DNA of 64,000 nt. It comes from Octopus sinensis. Its lineage: Eukaryota. The translations under genes were made by a program, and so were the position numbers. Location: NCBI RefSeq assembly GCF_006345805.1, contig NC_043001.1:28954001-29018000 (forward strand), read 5' to 3'. Numbering within the stretch: position 1 is the first letter of the stretch; the number at the start of each line of letters is the position of its first letter. Shown here piece after piece: positions 23,813 to 36,456 of this stretch. Below the pieces are notes generated by a model. It was not told the DNA's origin and made no database searches. It worked only from the letters and a program-made list of their open reading frames with translations.

Positions 23813-24851
23813 TTAATGATTTTTCAGTTAGCTCCAGCTCAGCTCTGATCAAAAAGGCCTATGAGCAAAAACATTGTAGCCTTGACTATTCCCCTGTCAG
23901 GCTGGTTATATGGGTACTTATTGATTATTATGGAGTTTAACTGCATGTTTTTCCATAGCTCGATCCCAAATGTTGTGGAAATTATACTTATTTTTACATA
24001 GTTACATAATGGCTTGTCAGTGGAGTATTGTGGAGTGCTAGAAACAAATGAAGTTTATAGTTACATTAATAATAGAAAGGATTCGCTTCATGTAAGAGGC
24101 AGGAATAATGCTCTGTCTATACTAGCTGAAGGTTCCTTTACTTAGGAAAACTTCTCTGTTTAAGAGCTTGATGTCTGTGCATCCGAGGTGTGCTTCTAAT
24201 GAACTTATGATTAAGAACTGGCTGGCTACTAATTTGAGTGGCAAAAGATGAGGATAATGTATTTATGGTATGTATCTGGAGAAGAACATTGAATACAAAG
24301 TAATTCTTTTAAACACAAATTGCATTGGAATCAAAAATCTTGTGTTCATTTATCTTCTTGGGAACTATCTTGAACTTATGTGTTGATCCTGGTGCAATTT
24401 CACTTTTATAAACCCCATAGTGCAGGAACATCAAAGAATATTCTCTGATATGGTATGATATTTCAGTAAGTTTATTAGGTAATATCCAGAAGATGTCACC
24501 TGATTTAAGGGTGGTCTGGACCTAATTACTGAAGCTGTAAGGTTTTGATTCAAGGCCTTGCTACGTACCTTTATGAATTCAAATACTGTATATACTGTAT
24601 GTCGCCTTTATTTTTTAAAAAATGATAGGTATGGTGTGATTTGTGGGAGACTTGGTTGCTTTTTCTAGCAGGCTAAATGATTATGTACAGGCTCCTTTGT
24701 TGTCTCAAAACAGTTAATGTTTTGTAGAAAAGTATGAATATTACAATATTCCATATTCTCACATTGTAGAAATATTGTGTGTTTATGTCTAGTTAACAGA
24801 AACTAATGTTTTTTTTTTTTTTACATTCTGTTATTGTTGTTGTTCCAATAG

Positions 24852-25054
24852 ATACTACTGTTGCCACGAGACAGAGTCTCCCAGATGTATCTAAGATACT
24901 AAATGCTAAAGTTTCATTTCTTGAAAAATCTATTGGAGAAACAATCAGTGGAAATGATTTTTCAGCACGTTTAGAGGAAAATCCATTGCGAGAACTGAAT
25001 GCATTGAAGGAAATGCTGGAAAACTCTCGATGCAAAGATACGAACATCATCCAG
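24852..25054 (+). CDS. Coding exon 2
   Basis: Acceptor ...TTCCAATAG|, donor CAG|GTAAAG, phase 1 to 0. Encodes DTTVATRQSLPDVSKILNAKVSFLEKSIGE...LENSRCKDTNIIQ. Confidence 0.85.
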
Positions 25055-25844
25055 GTAAAGAACATGAATTCTTTTTTTATTCACTGTTATATCAATTTCT
25101 TCTTATACCTGTCTTCCAGGCAAGGAAGTGCAGTGTGAATCATGACCTACTTGTCTCTTACAGTGTGGTAGAATTTCCAGTGTAATTCATAGGACTCATC
25201 CTTATCACCATGAAACACTACAACTGCAGTTAAGGAGCTCTCAACCATCCTGACATGTTAACGAAGAATATTCTGTAATATAGACTGGAAGGAAAGTTTA
25301 ATAATTTTTTGTCCTGGGGTCGATTTGTTCGACTAAAGGTGGTGCTCCAGCATGGCCACAGTCAAATGACTGAAACAAGTAAAAGAGTAAAAGAGTATGC
25401 TATGATCGATCACTTTTGTGAATCTTGTAGTAGTGACTCTTTAAATTAGGAAACAGCAGTGGTACAAGGCAGAAAACTGGTTCAAATAAACAGATAAATA
25501 AATAAATAAATAGATAAATAAATAAATAAATAAATAGATAAATAAAAGGGAGTAAAGCTTTGCACCTTACTGAATGAACAGTCTCACAAAGAGAGAGTAA
25601 GGAAAGGAGTGAGAGAGAATTTACTTGAAATTCATGATCAATCGGCAAAAACATTGCCCAAAAGCTTTCTCACTGCTTTTCTCTATTTAAATGCTAAAAT
25701 GTTTAATGCAATTCTATTGGATATGCAATTCTTGTTGTACCGACATGAACATTGAAGCACCAGCTTATCTTGATGTCAATTTCCCTTCAGGTTTAGAGAT
25801 CACGTGTATGGAAAACACTAATTAAAATTTGGAAGTGCTGTACT

Positions 25845-26352
25845 GACAGAGAGGCAATGGTCAGCATGAGCAAGGTCTGGAAGAGTAGAGACATCAGCCT
25901 CGCTACCAAATGCAGATTGGTGAATGCAATCGTCTTCCCAATAGCAATATATGGATGTGAGACCTGGACACTAAAGAAAGCTGACCAGAAGAGAATTAAT
26001 GCATTCGAGCTTTGGTGTTGGAGAAGACTTTTGTGGATTCCATGGACAGCGAGGCTCACCAATGGAGAAGTTCTTAACCAGATCAAGCCAAATCTGTCGC
26101 TGGAAGCTAGAATCATCAAGCATAGATTGGCATATTTTGGTCATATTATGCGGAGAAAATCCCTGGAGAAGGACATCATGCTCAGAATGGTCAGTGGCAA
26201 GAGAGGAAGAGGCCGACCAAGAACCCACTGGCTTGACACCATCAAGAGTGACACGGAAATGGCCATAGCCAATCTGAAAGAAGTGACCCAGGATAGAACT
26301 GGCTGGTGAACCCTGATCCATCGAGTAATCGAGAGTCGACCTCGACTGAACG
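25845..26352 (+). mobile_element. RTE-clade (BovB-like) LINE 3' end
   Basis: Encodes KVWKSRDISLATKCRLVNAIVFPIAIYGCETWTLKKADQKRINAFELWCWRRLL...YFGHIMR...GKRGRGRP. Followed by a (GATA)n tail. Confidence 0.92.
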
Positions 26353-26488
<136 letters not shown>

Positions 26489-26727
26489 TACTGACAAGAA
26501 CATGGGAGCAGTGGAAACAACTCCAGTGTTAGTTGCCTGGCTGTCTAAGCAGCACTGTAGTAGAGAAAAGGTATAAAAGGTGCTTGGAATCAATGCAGGC
26601 TGCTGACTTGAAGTGAGATCAATGAGAAACAAGAGCTGTGCTGAATCTTCAGTTTCCAGCCCTTTCATTTAAAACCACTGAAGAATATAATGAATCTTAT
26701 GACAATGCCTTGATGGGTTAATCACTT

Positions 26728-27129
26728 CAGGAGTGGCTGTGGTAAGTAGCTTGCTAACCAACCACATGGTTCCGGGTTCAGTCCCACTGCGTGACATCTT
26801 GGGCAAGTGTCTTCTGCTATAACCCTGGGCCGACCAATGCTTTGTGAGTGGATTTGGTAGACGGAAACTGAAAGAAGCCTGTCGTATATATGTATATATA
26901 TATATATGTGTGTGTGTTTGTGTGTCTGTGTTTGTCCCCCTAGCATTGCTTGACAACCAATGCTGGTGTGTTTACGTCCCCGTCACTTAGCGGTTCGGCA
27001 AAAGAGACCGATAGAATAAGTACTGGGCTTACAAAGAATAAGTCCTGGGGTCGATTTGCTCGACTAAAGGCGGTGCTCCAGCATGGCCACAGCCAAATGA
27101 CTGAAACAAGTAAAAGAGTAAAAGAGTAA
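26728..27129 (+). mobile_element. SINE family A, full length
   Basis: Head and tail as at 18851-19258. Confidence 0.92.
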
Positions 27130-27297
27130 GGGCATTCGATAAGTTCCAAACATAAATTTGTTTCTCTCATTTCTTCACTTGTCTCTACTTCTATTCCATG
27201 AACCATAGGAATGCGGTTTCTGGTTCCTCAATACTTTCATCATTCCCAACACTCATCAACACAGTCAAGCCTTAAATAGATGATTTTGTATTTTCAG

Positions 27298-27416
27298 GTG
27301 AAACTGAATAAAGTCAACGCTATCTGCATGTTGCCAGAAGAATTTTGTAATCAAAGAAATCTCTCCCCGAATTCCATTGGAGATTTAAATGATGTTGATG
27401 AGAAGCTTCTTCCATA
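27298..27416 (+). CDS. Coding exon 3
   Basis: Acceptor TTTTGTATTTTCAG|, donor TA|GTAAGT, phase 0 to 2. Encodes VKLNKVNAICMLPEEFCNQRNLSPNSIGDLNDVDEKLLP. Confidence 0.85.
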
Positions 27417-27960
27417 GTAAGTGACATTTATTAATAGCGTGCTTTGTGTATGAATGTGAGTTGCTAAGATACATGTTGGAATTTCAACCGTGTTTCGTGG
27501 TCTGTTACCTCAACAGTTCCTTTATAGGATCCAGTTAGCTCAATACATCATCAGGAGGAACCATGTCCAGTTTTGGCCCCTACTTCTCTACTGTTTTGAC
27601 ATGGCGGGGGCCCCCACTTTCGGAGCTGTCTTCAGCTCTGGTGTTGGGTGCATTTCTTCTTTCTTCATAGTTGGTTATATTTCTTTACTTATTAACCTTT
27701 CAAAGACTGCTATCATTCTAAGTATTGCCATTGGTATTATTATGATTGTAACTAATTTAATTTTTTTTTTTTTTACATTAAAAATTAGTTTTGAAGTTAT
27801 TAGTTAAATATAATGTGTTTTTAAACAAAGCTGTACTACTGCATCTATCATACTCTACCTTTCCATTGTTCCCAGTACCCAAATAAAATATCCTTTTCCA
27901 CTTCTGCTGATGTTAATAACAGGTGCATTTTACATCAGGTTCAATTTACAATACCACTAT

Positions 27961-28344
27961 GGAAGCACTCCGTCGGTTACGACGACGAGGGTTCCGGTTG
28001 ATCCGAATCAACGGAACAGCCTGCTCGTGAAATTAACGTGTAAGTGGCTGAGCACTCCACAGACACATGTACCCTTAACGTAGTTCTCGGGGATATTCAG
28101 CGTGACACAGAGAGTGACAAGGCCGGCCCTTTGAAATACAGGTACAACAGAAACAGGAAGTAAGAGTGAGAAAAAGTTGTGGTGAAAGAGTACAGCAGAG
28201 ATCACTACCATCCCCTGCCGGAGCCTCGTGGAGCTTTAGGTGTTTTCGCTCAATAAACACTCACAACGCCCGGTCTGGGAATCGAAACCGCGATCCTATG
28301 ACTGCGAGTCCGCTGCCCTAACCTCTGGGCCATTGCGCCTCCAC
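27961..28344 (-). mobile_element. SINE family B, young full-length copy with a 13-bp TSD
   Basis: ACAATACCACTAT at 27948-27960 and 28345-28357. The head is GGAGGCGCAATGGCCCAG on the minus strand. Confidence 0.92.
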
Positions 28345-28490
28345 ACAATACCACTATAGACATGTAACACCAGTGTAAAATAAAAGCTGTTTATATGTGT
28401 TCAAGAACATTTTCTTGTAATATTGTGACATCAGTAGATTATTTTGTTCTCACAAGTTGCAATAACCAGGAATGATTTATTTTATTTTAG

Positions 28491-28569
28491 TTTAGTTTGT
28501 TTCATTGAACCTTCAACACGTGATGACACACGTTTGCTGAAAAGGATATCGCATGCTGACAAACAAAAA
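28491..28569 (+). CDS. Coding exon 4
   Basis: Acceptor TTTTATTTTAG|, donor AAA|GTAGGT, phase 2 to 0. Encodes (Y)LVCFIEPSTRDDTRLLKRISHADKQK. Confidence 0.8.
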
Positions 28570-29115
28570 GTAGGTTTCTTTTATTTCCTTATTTATTTCA
28601 CTTCACATTTCATATCACTTTTGAAACGTTCCCTTATCATTACTCTCATCTTTATCTGCATTAAAACTTAATGGTTTAACTGTTGTTTCTGCTCAACTAT
28701 ATTTAAAAAGAAAGCAGCAAAGATCTACAGATTAATATTGCTTGATAACCCAGTTATGTGGCTGTTCTAAGTATACATGATGACAAACAAATTAACAATA
28801 TATATTCCTACTAAATCGATTAGACATATGTAGAATCAGAGTAAACGGATATGTTTATCATTAGAATATACAATAAATTAAATATCGATGAACATTATTT
28901 ATTGATTGGATGTGCATGAAAAAACTTCTATTCTAAAACGATAAGTAGCAAGATTTACTAGTCTTCAGTGATTACCATTCTGCCTTTCTACCTCTCCTCT
29001 TTTCTGCATTCTATTTTGACATCTCTATGATCTTTCTTTCTCAATCCACCTCTACTTTCACTTTTGACCATTTTCTTCACTTTACCTCATTCAGCACTCC
29101 ACACACACACACACA

Positions 29116-29146
<31 letters not shown>

Positions 29147-29392
29147 AACAAACAAACACACACACACACACACATTCACTTATTACTTTACTTTTCTAAA
29201 AAAAAAATTGGATAAACTACCACTAATGCAATGATCATCACTAACTCTCATTACTCTTCTCTTTTCAAACATCAAACCTGTTGACAAATAATACAAAATG
29301 ACACTATTGAGGCACCCTTTTAGCATTTAACTCTTTTGATAACAACCTAAGACCATCCTTGGTTCTGTGATACAAACTTCATGTTTTAAAAT

Positions 29393-30246
29393 CAGTGGTT
29401 TTCAACCAGGGTCCATATAAGTTTTTTAGGGGTCCACGCAACAAAATGGCAAATTGGGGTTCCAAAATAATGTTTTAAGGGCTCCCTGAAAATTTTTTGC
29501 TTTAGATGAATGTATAGTAAGAAACAAGCAGGTTTCTTTCTGTAATGTTTTATATACAGGGTGAACCAAAATGGTCTGACACATTTGGAGACTTAATAAA
29601 AACACAAAATAAGAAATAATGAAAAGAAAAATTTTATTTTCTAAATGTACATATAATGCCATTTTATTTCATTAAGTTTAAAAAATTAAATCAGCTAAAT
29701 GCTTCCCATCATTGTCAGCACACTGTTGGAGACATTCATGAAAGTTATCGATAACTTTATGGATCATTTCTTCTGGAATGGTGAAATGTGATTTCTTCTT
29801 GTGGAGATATTTAAAATGAAAAGTATTCAGTCATCGCCCTCGATCTATTGATGAATTAAAACGTGAAATTTGTGTAGAAATAGCAACCATTCCAGAAGAA
29901 ATGAGTTATCGATAACTTTCATGAACATCTCCAACAATGTGTCAACAATGATGGGAAGCATTTAGCTGATAGAATTTTTAAAACTTAATGAAATAAAATG
30001 AAATATGTACATTCAGAGAATAAAATTTTTCTTTTCATTATTTCTTATTTTGTGCTTTTATTAAGCCTCCAAATGTGTCAGATCATTTTGGTCCACCCTG
30101 TACCTCAACCTGTGTGAAAAACAAATTAGGAAGTTTGAAAGAATTTACTATAAAACTAGTTTTTAAACATCAAACGACTACGAGGGTCCACCAGAATAAA
30201 ATTATAATCAAAGGGGTCCACAAATAAAAATGGTTGAGAACCCCTG
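29393..30246. mobile_element. hAT-type MITE (nested)
   Basis: CAGTGGTTTTCAACC...GGTTGAGAACCCCTG termini. The 8-bp flanks TTTAAAAT and ATCTAAAT match only imperfectly. Confidence 0.7.
29557..30100. mobile_element. Tc1/mariner-derived MITE with about 200-bp TIRs (nested)
   Basis: TA|CAGGGTGAACCAAAATG...CATTTTGGTCCACCCTG|TA. The spacer encodes CDFFLWRYLK*KVFSHRPRSIDELKREI, a rosa-like transposase C-terminus. Confidence 0.88.
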
Positions 30247-30326
30247 ATCTAAATTAAAGCTTGCCCTCAAAATTTTATGTTAATTTATGTCCCAGACACC
30301 AGCTTATTAATAAATATCTTATGTTA

Positions 30327-30672
30327 CTAATATTTCGTTTTTGGATTTGGTTTGCAAGATTCTTTATATGAGTTTGTGTGTTGAAGCATATTCTGTTGTG
30401 TCTGGGGAGAGTCATTTTCTTTTTGTGCCTTATAATATAACACACTCACCGGTAAAATTTCCACTTTTTTCTTATTTTTATTTTCCTAAAATTTTCGTTG
30501 CGCCTTGCAACCTTTTCAATAGTTTTGACTCTTTTTTTTTTGAAAAAGTTGCAAGATGCAACAAAAATTTTAGGAAAATAAAAATAAGAAATAAGTGGAA
30601 ATTTTACCGGTGAGTGTGTTATATTATAAGGCACAAAAAGAAAATGACTCTCTCCAGACACAACAGATTATG
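30327..30672. repeat. Partially palindromic repeat family (also at 46320-46450 and 51501-51826)
   Basis: TTCTGTTGTGTCTGGGGAGAGTC...CACTCACCGGTAAAATTTCC is followed by its own reverse complement. Confidence 0.88.
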
Positions 30673-31954
30673 ATACTAAATTCTTCATTATTTTCAAAAT
30701 TCAAGCAAAGGCATTGTATTTCAACTGGTATGTGGCAACAAAAGGGTTAAAGCAGCAACATCTGGCCCAAATAGTCTACATGTTTTATTTTCAGACTGGC
30801 CAGATTCAGCTCCTCACACTTACCCAACAGAATCATTTTAAAAATCGATGTTCACATCATTGAAATCTCAAAGCAAGGAAATAACGCATGATTAATTCAA
30901 AAGAATATGAACAAATAAGCATTACATTTGACAGTGATCTGAATGTTAAAAGGATGAAATATTTACACACATCTCTTTGTGACTGAAATTATGTTTCTTT
31001 ATCATGCTTCTTTATTAGCCACACAGGGCTGAACACAGAGGGGACAAATTACAAAGTAGAGCTTTTCTTTTTGGGAAGAAAAAAAAAAAGCAGGGGGTAG
31101 GTTTTTGATCAAAAGGGATCGTAAAAAAAAATAAAAAACTTACTGGGACCAAATTTGCAATTTTTTCCATCATGTATTAATAAAAAAAAGTACTAGTCAT
31201 ATACTATTTCAATTCAATCAACAAAAACATGTATTTGTGGACCTTTGCCAATAAAACAAATCATTATCTTATGTAACGTAATACACAAACAGGGCCATTA
31301 ATCATTTTGTTTCATTGGTTTGTCTTCCTCAGATTTAGAATGCAGCTATTTCAATATGACATATTCTCCAAATTGGGCAATCAATGATTGTAAATATAAT
31401 TAGATTGTATTATTAATCAAAGAACTAGAGTACACTTGGCCGGATCAGTTTTCTTGGTTTTGGTAGCTAAGCAACTGATTAACAAAGCAAGCTTTATAAA
31501 TTACTAATTTGGAGATCCAGTGTTAGCTTCTAATTTATAGATAACGTGGACTTGTTTGATTGGTTGCTTAGTTAAGCAGAACTAAAATTAGGAAAGGTCA
31601 TCAACAAACAGGCTATCCATTTTAAAGAGCTGTTTCAGAATGCATAATCTGAAATAAGTGTTGCATGCAAGAAAAGGTTGCCCCCACCAAACCAATTAAG
31701 ATAAACTTAATCTGTAATCAATTATCAATAAGGTGTTGATCTGACAGAATCATTAGTATGTCAGGCAAAATGTTTGGAGGCATTTCATCTATCTTTGTGT
31801 TCTGAGTTCAAATTCTGTAGAGGTTAACTTTGCCTTTCATCCTATTGGGGTCGATAAAATAAGGACCAGTTAAGTACTGAAGTCAAAGTAATTTACTTCT
31901 CCCAAAATTGCTGGTCTTGTGCCACCCATACTCTGGGATATGACAATATGCACA

Positions 31955-32050
31955 GACAGAGAGATCAGGGTAATTGATCAAATATTGTTACCAAGGACTT
32001 CCAAGAAAAGAAATAGCCCCTAATTAAACTATTGGTCCCAACAGACTTAA
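31955..32050 (+). mobile_element. Highly degenerate R4/Dong RLE fragment
   Basis: TDREIRGN*SNIVTKDFQEKK*PLIKLLVPTD matches TDREIKANRPDIVIRDYEKKNAFLIDVSIPAD at 33850-33950. Confidence 0.6.
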
Positions 32051-32381
32051 CTCCAATGCAACAATGTATTACCATGCATCTTGCGATATTTTCTATCACA
32101 ACAGATGGAGGGTTTAGAGCTATCCTTCTCCCATTACTTTTTACAAATTTTCTTGCCACTTTTAATTCTTCTTCATCTATGTGGAAACTTTCCATATTTC
32201 CCGCCACAAATGCAAAAGAAGCAGAGGCGATATTTGCATTTTTATGTTTCATTTCTTTCGTATTGCTGATGTTATTGTTGTTGTTGTCGCTGTTGTTATC
32301 ATTGTCACTGCTGTTGCTGTTATTGTTGTTGTTCTTGTTGTTGACACCAAAAGTTTTGACATTGCTTTGAGACGAAATAGT

Positions 32382-32630
32382 GGAGGCACATGGCTTAGTG
32401 GTTAGGGTGTCAGCATCACGATCGTAAGATTGTGGTTTCGATTCCTGGACCAGGCAACGCATTGTGTTCTTGAGCAAAACACTTCATTTCACATTGCTCC
32501 AGTCCACTCAGCTGGCAAAAAGGAGTAACGCTGTGATGGACTGGCGTCCCATCCAGCTGGGGAACACATACGCCATTGAAACTGGGAAACCAGGCCCATG
32601 AGCCTGGCTAGGCTTTAAAAGGGTGCATTT
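32382..32630 (+). mobile_element. CORE-type SINE (family B head)
   Basis: tRNA-like head followed by TTGTGTTCTTGAGCAAAACACTT...CACTCAGCTG, a CORE-domain-like block. Confidence 0.75.
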
Positions 32631-32926
32631 ATTATTTATTATAGAAACGAAATATTTGCCTTGGTGACATCAAGTTTAGTCCATTCGATATTCATATTCT
32701 CAATCTTTCTCTCATTCTCTATTTTTCCTGACAAGAAGCACGTTCCTTTGTTGAACATTATGATGGCTTCTTTATCAGCCATCTTTAAATAATTACAGAA
32801 AATTCCAAATATATTTGCTTTTGCTTGCAAAATAGGGGAGGGGGGTTTAGAAGGCCGAAAAGATTACAAACACTTTTTCAACTTATGGAGCATCAAATTT
32901 CCATGACTTCACAGTATGGTGGCCAT

Positions 32927-32974
32927 GATAATAATAGTAATAATAATAATGGTAATAATAATAATAATAATAAC

Positions 32975-33015
<41 letters not shown>

Positions 33016-33057
33016 TGATGATGATGATGATGATAACAATAATAATAATAATAATAA
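32927..33057. repeat. (AAT)n/(GAT)n microsatellite
   Basis: Read directly from the sequence. Confidence 0.95.
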
Positions 33058-33453
33058 GTCAGAGATCATGAAGAAAAAAAATGCTTTCTAATTGATATAT
33101 CAATACCGGCAGATGACAACGTGTCTCTAAAAGAAATGGAGAAACTCTCAAAATACAAAGACCTGGAAATAGAGGTAACCAGAATGTGGAATCTAAAAAC
33201 AGAAACAATTCCTATCATAGTAGGTGCATTAGGCATGATAAAAAATATTCAGACAAATACATAACAAAAACACCAGGACTTACAAACACATATAACATAC
33301 AGAAAATTGCACTACTAGGCACTGCACACATCCTACGCAGAACACTTTCCATACAATAACCATCAGAGCATCACAACAAATCACAGCACATACCCAAGGC
33401 ACACAGAGCTGCGCTCGGTAGTGAAGTGAAAGCACGCTATAAAAATAAAACTA

Positions 33454-33456
<3 letters not shown>
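33058..33456 (+). mobile_element. R4/Dong-clade element, short 5'-truncated copy
   Basis: Nearly identical to 33886-34285 and embedded between (AAT)n tracts. Confidence 0.9.
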
Positions 33457-33488
<32 letters not shown>

Positions 33489-33491
<3 letters not shown>

Positions 33492-34285
33492 TCCCAGCAA
33501 TGGTTGAGAAGTTTAGGACTCAAAGCAGAGACAGAAGGATTTTTAATTGCAGCACAAGACCAAAGCCTCCCCACCAGAAATTACCAAAAACATGTAATGA
33601 AAAGAAATATAACAAGTAACTGCAGAATATGTGGAGATGGACAAGAAACAATAAATCATATTATCTCTGGCTGCCCAGTCCTGGCTAAGAAGGAATATAT
33701 TCACAGACACGACAGAGTTGGGACCTATATACACTGGAAGCTATGCCAACATTATGAAATAACAACAGAAAAAAGATGGTATAGGCACACACCTGAAAAG
33801 GTCACAGAAAACGAGAAAGCAACCATACTCTGGGATATACCAATACACACAGATAGAGAAATTAAGGCCAACAGACCAGATATAGTTATCAGAGATTATG
33901 AAAAAAAAAATGCTTTCTAATTGATGTATCAATACCAGCAGATGACAACGTGTCTCTAAAAGAAATGGAGAAACTTTCAAAATACAAAGACCTGGAAATA
34001 GAGATAACCAGAATGTGGAATCTAAAAACAGAAACAATTCCTATCATAATAGGTGCATTAGGCATGATAAAAAAATATTCAGACAAATACATAACAAAAA
34101 CATCAGGACTTACAAACACATATAACATACAGAAAATTGCACTACTAGGCACTGCACACATCCTACACAGAGCACTTTCCATACAGTAACCATCAGAGCA
34201 TCACAACAAATCACAGCACATACCCAAGGCACACAGAGCTGCGCTCGGTAGTGAAGTGAAAGCACGCTATAAAAATAAAACTACT
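33489..34285 (+). mobile_element. R4/Dong-clade element, 3' 800 bp
   Basis: Encodes LKAETEGFLIAAQDQSLPTRNY...CRICGDGQETINHIISGCP...RHD...ILWD...ANRPDIV...LIDVSIP...KLSKYKDL...IIGALG, with one frameshift in a poly-A run. Confidence 0.92.
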
Positions 34286-34694
34286 CTTTTACTCTTTTAC
34301 TTGTTTCAGTCATTTGACTGCGGCCACGCTGGAGCAACGCCTTTAGTCGAGAATATCGACCCCGGGACTTATTCTTTGTAAGCCCAGTACTTATTCTATC
34401 GGTCTCTTTTTGCCGAACCGCTAAGTGACGGGGATGTAAACACACTAGCATTGGTTGTCAAGCGATGGTGGGGGGACAAACACAGACACACAAACATATA
34501 CACACACATACATATATATATATACATATATATGACAGGCTTCTTTCAGTTTCCGTCTACCAAATCCACTCACAAGGCATTGGTCGGCCCGAGGCTATAG
34601 CAGAAGACACTTGCCCAAGATGCCACGCAGTGGGACTGAACCCAGAACCATGTGGTTGGTAAGCAAGCTACTTACCACACAGCCACTCCTGTGC
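34286..34694 (-). mobile_element. SINE family A inserted in the Dong 3' end
   Basis: Flanked by CTACT at 34281-34285 and 34695-34699. The uninterrupted Dong end CTACTG(AAT)n is seen at 33451. Confidence 0.9.
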
Positions 34695-34697
34695 CTA

Positions 34698-34779
<82 letters not shown>

Positions 34780-34885
34780 GTAATAATTTTTTCAAAGAAG
34801 AAGAAAGCAATGCAGTGACAAATTTATAGGTTGTGGGGTATATAGTTCAAAGTCGATCAAAACAACATGCAAATGTTTGAATATA

Positions 34886-36156
34886 TTGGGTCATCCTATA
34901 AATAATGCGGTTTTTTGTACTTCTTTTATTTTTCCAAAAGGAAGATAAACAAAGTTCTTTTTTAATCTAAAACATATTCTCTTTCATTTTCTACAATGAT
35001 TTCTATCAATCTGGTAGACTTGCAAAGCCCCTCTTCCAAAATTCACTTGTCTGTGTTGAAAAATACTCCTCCAGTACTGTTCTGACCTTGTGTACAGAAT
35101 TCATGTATTTTTCCATCAAAATGATTTTGAAGACTGCGGAATAAATGATAATCAGATGAGGCAATGTCTGGCGAATACGGTGGTTGGGGTATCGTATCCC
35201 ATTAAAACTGCTCCAGCATTTGGAATGTCGTCTTTGCTGAATGTGGTAGAGGATTTTCCTGATGGAAGAACACCTTTCGTCTTGAAACCAAAGATGATTG
35301 TTTTTCTTCTAGCACTGACTTAAGCCACTCAAGCTGCTTGCAGTAGATCTCCTTTGTCATCGTTTGATTTGGGTTTAAAAGTTCAAAGTGGGCTACACCT
35401 TTCATATCCCATCAAACAGATAGCAACATCTTTAGCCTGGGGTGACGGTGTTTCTCCTGTCCCTACCCACTGTCTTCAGTGCTTGACATTTTTGTAGAGA
35501 ACCCATTTCTTGTCACCAGCTGCTATTCAGTATAAAAAAGGTTCATTCATGAGACGTGATGGCAAAGAAGAGCACACATTCACCCTCTTCACACGATTAG
35601 ACTCAGAAAGTTTGTTAGGAACCCACTGACTCAATTTGCTGACTTTTCTGCTGGCACACAGGTGTCGATGTATGGCTGAATAATCAAATCCAAGCTTCTC
35701 TGCAAGTTCCTCAACAGTTACAATGGGATTTTGTTCCACCAGGGTTTGCAGGATGTCTTCATCAAGGTCTACAGATCTTCCAGGACGAGGCTCACCTTCT
35801 ACACTGTAGGTTCCTGCTTGGAATTTCTGGAACCACCGTTGACACTGGCTTACACTCATTGTCCAATCCCCATATACTGCATTAATATTCCTCACACTTA
35901 CCACAGCATTTTTTAAAAATCTTTATTGAATTCATAAAGCAAAATAAGCCTAATATGTTCCTTTGTCACTTCCATTATAGCTTTGGAAAAATAACTGTTA
36001 AATTCGAACTGCTCTCTTCAAAACTTGCACTTAGAATAGGCACAAGGTAAAATTACTACCTAATTTATAGCAAGTTGATGCAGGTAGTTTATCCTGTCCC
36101 CTCCAACTTTTTGTTCATGCAATTGAAAAAACTGCATTATTTATGGGATGACCCAA
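34886..36156 (-). mobile_element. Full-length degenerate mariner, 1271 bp
   Basis: TA|TTGGGTCATCCTATAAATAATGC...GCATTATTTATGGGATGACCCAA|TA. Encodes NINAVYGD...CQRWFQKF...WVPNKLS and HFELL...FFHQENPLPH. Confidence 0.92.
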
Positions 36157-36402
36157 TACATTGTTCATATATATATATATATATGTATAGATGAGTGCAT
36201 GTGCCTCTAATTGCACTCTAGTCCAGAGTGAATTTACCTTTTTTGTATAAGGGAATCAATATATATTATTTATGTATATTTCCATCTAGGCAATTAGCAG
36301 AGCATGTGGTCATCATGAAAACTTGTCAGAAATAGGGAAGCCTTGAATGCAAATAAAATGTATTGATTTGAGCTGTGTAACTGTGGTCTTGATTTTTTTC
36401 TT

Positions 36403-36456
<54 letters not shown>

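Larger units (their letters stand above)
29331..30746. mobile_element. piggyBac-type MITE hosting three nested elements
   Basis: TTAA|CTCTTTTG...CAAAAGGG|TTAA. Confidence 0.7.

Noticed and set aside
25793-26321. Minus-strand ORFs overlapping the RTE element, and similar antisense ORFs over the mariner and Dong elements
   Set aside because: They are antisense shadows of transposon coding sequence.
30706-30727. Candidate 22-nt phase 0-to-1 micro-exon (CAAG|...|GTATGT)
   Set aside because: It lies within the terminal part of a piggyBac-type MITE, so it is probably a chance splice-like signal.
36290-36360. Good acceptor (TTTCCATCTAG|) and possible donor in unique-looking intron sequence
   Set aside because: All three frames contain stop codons before the donor.
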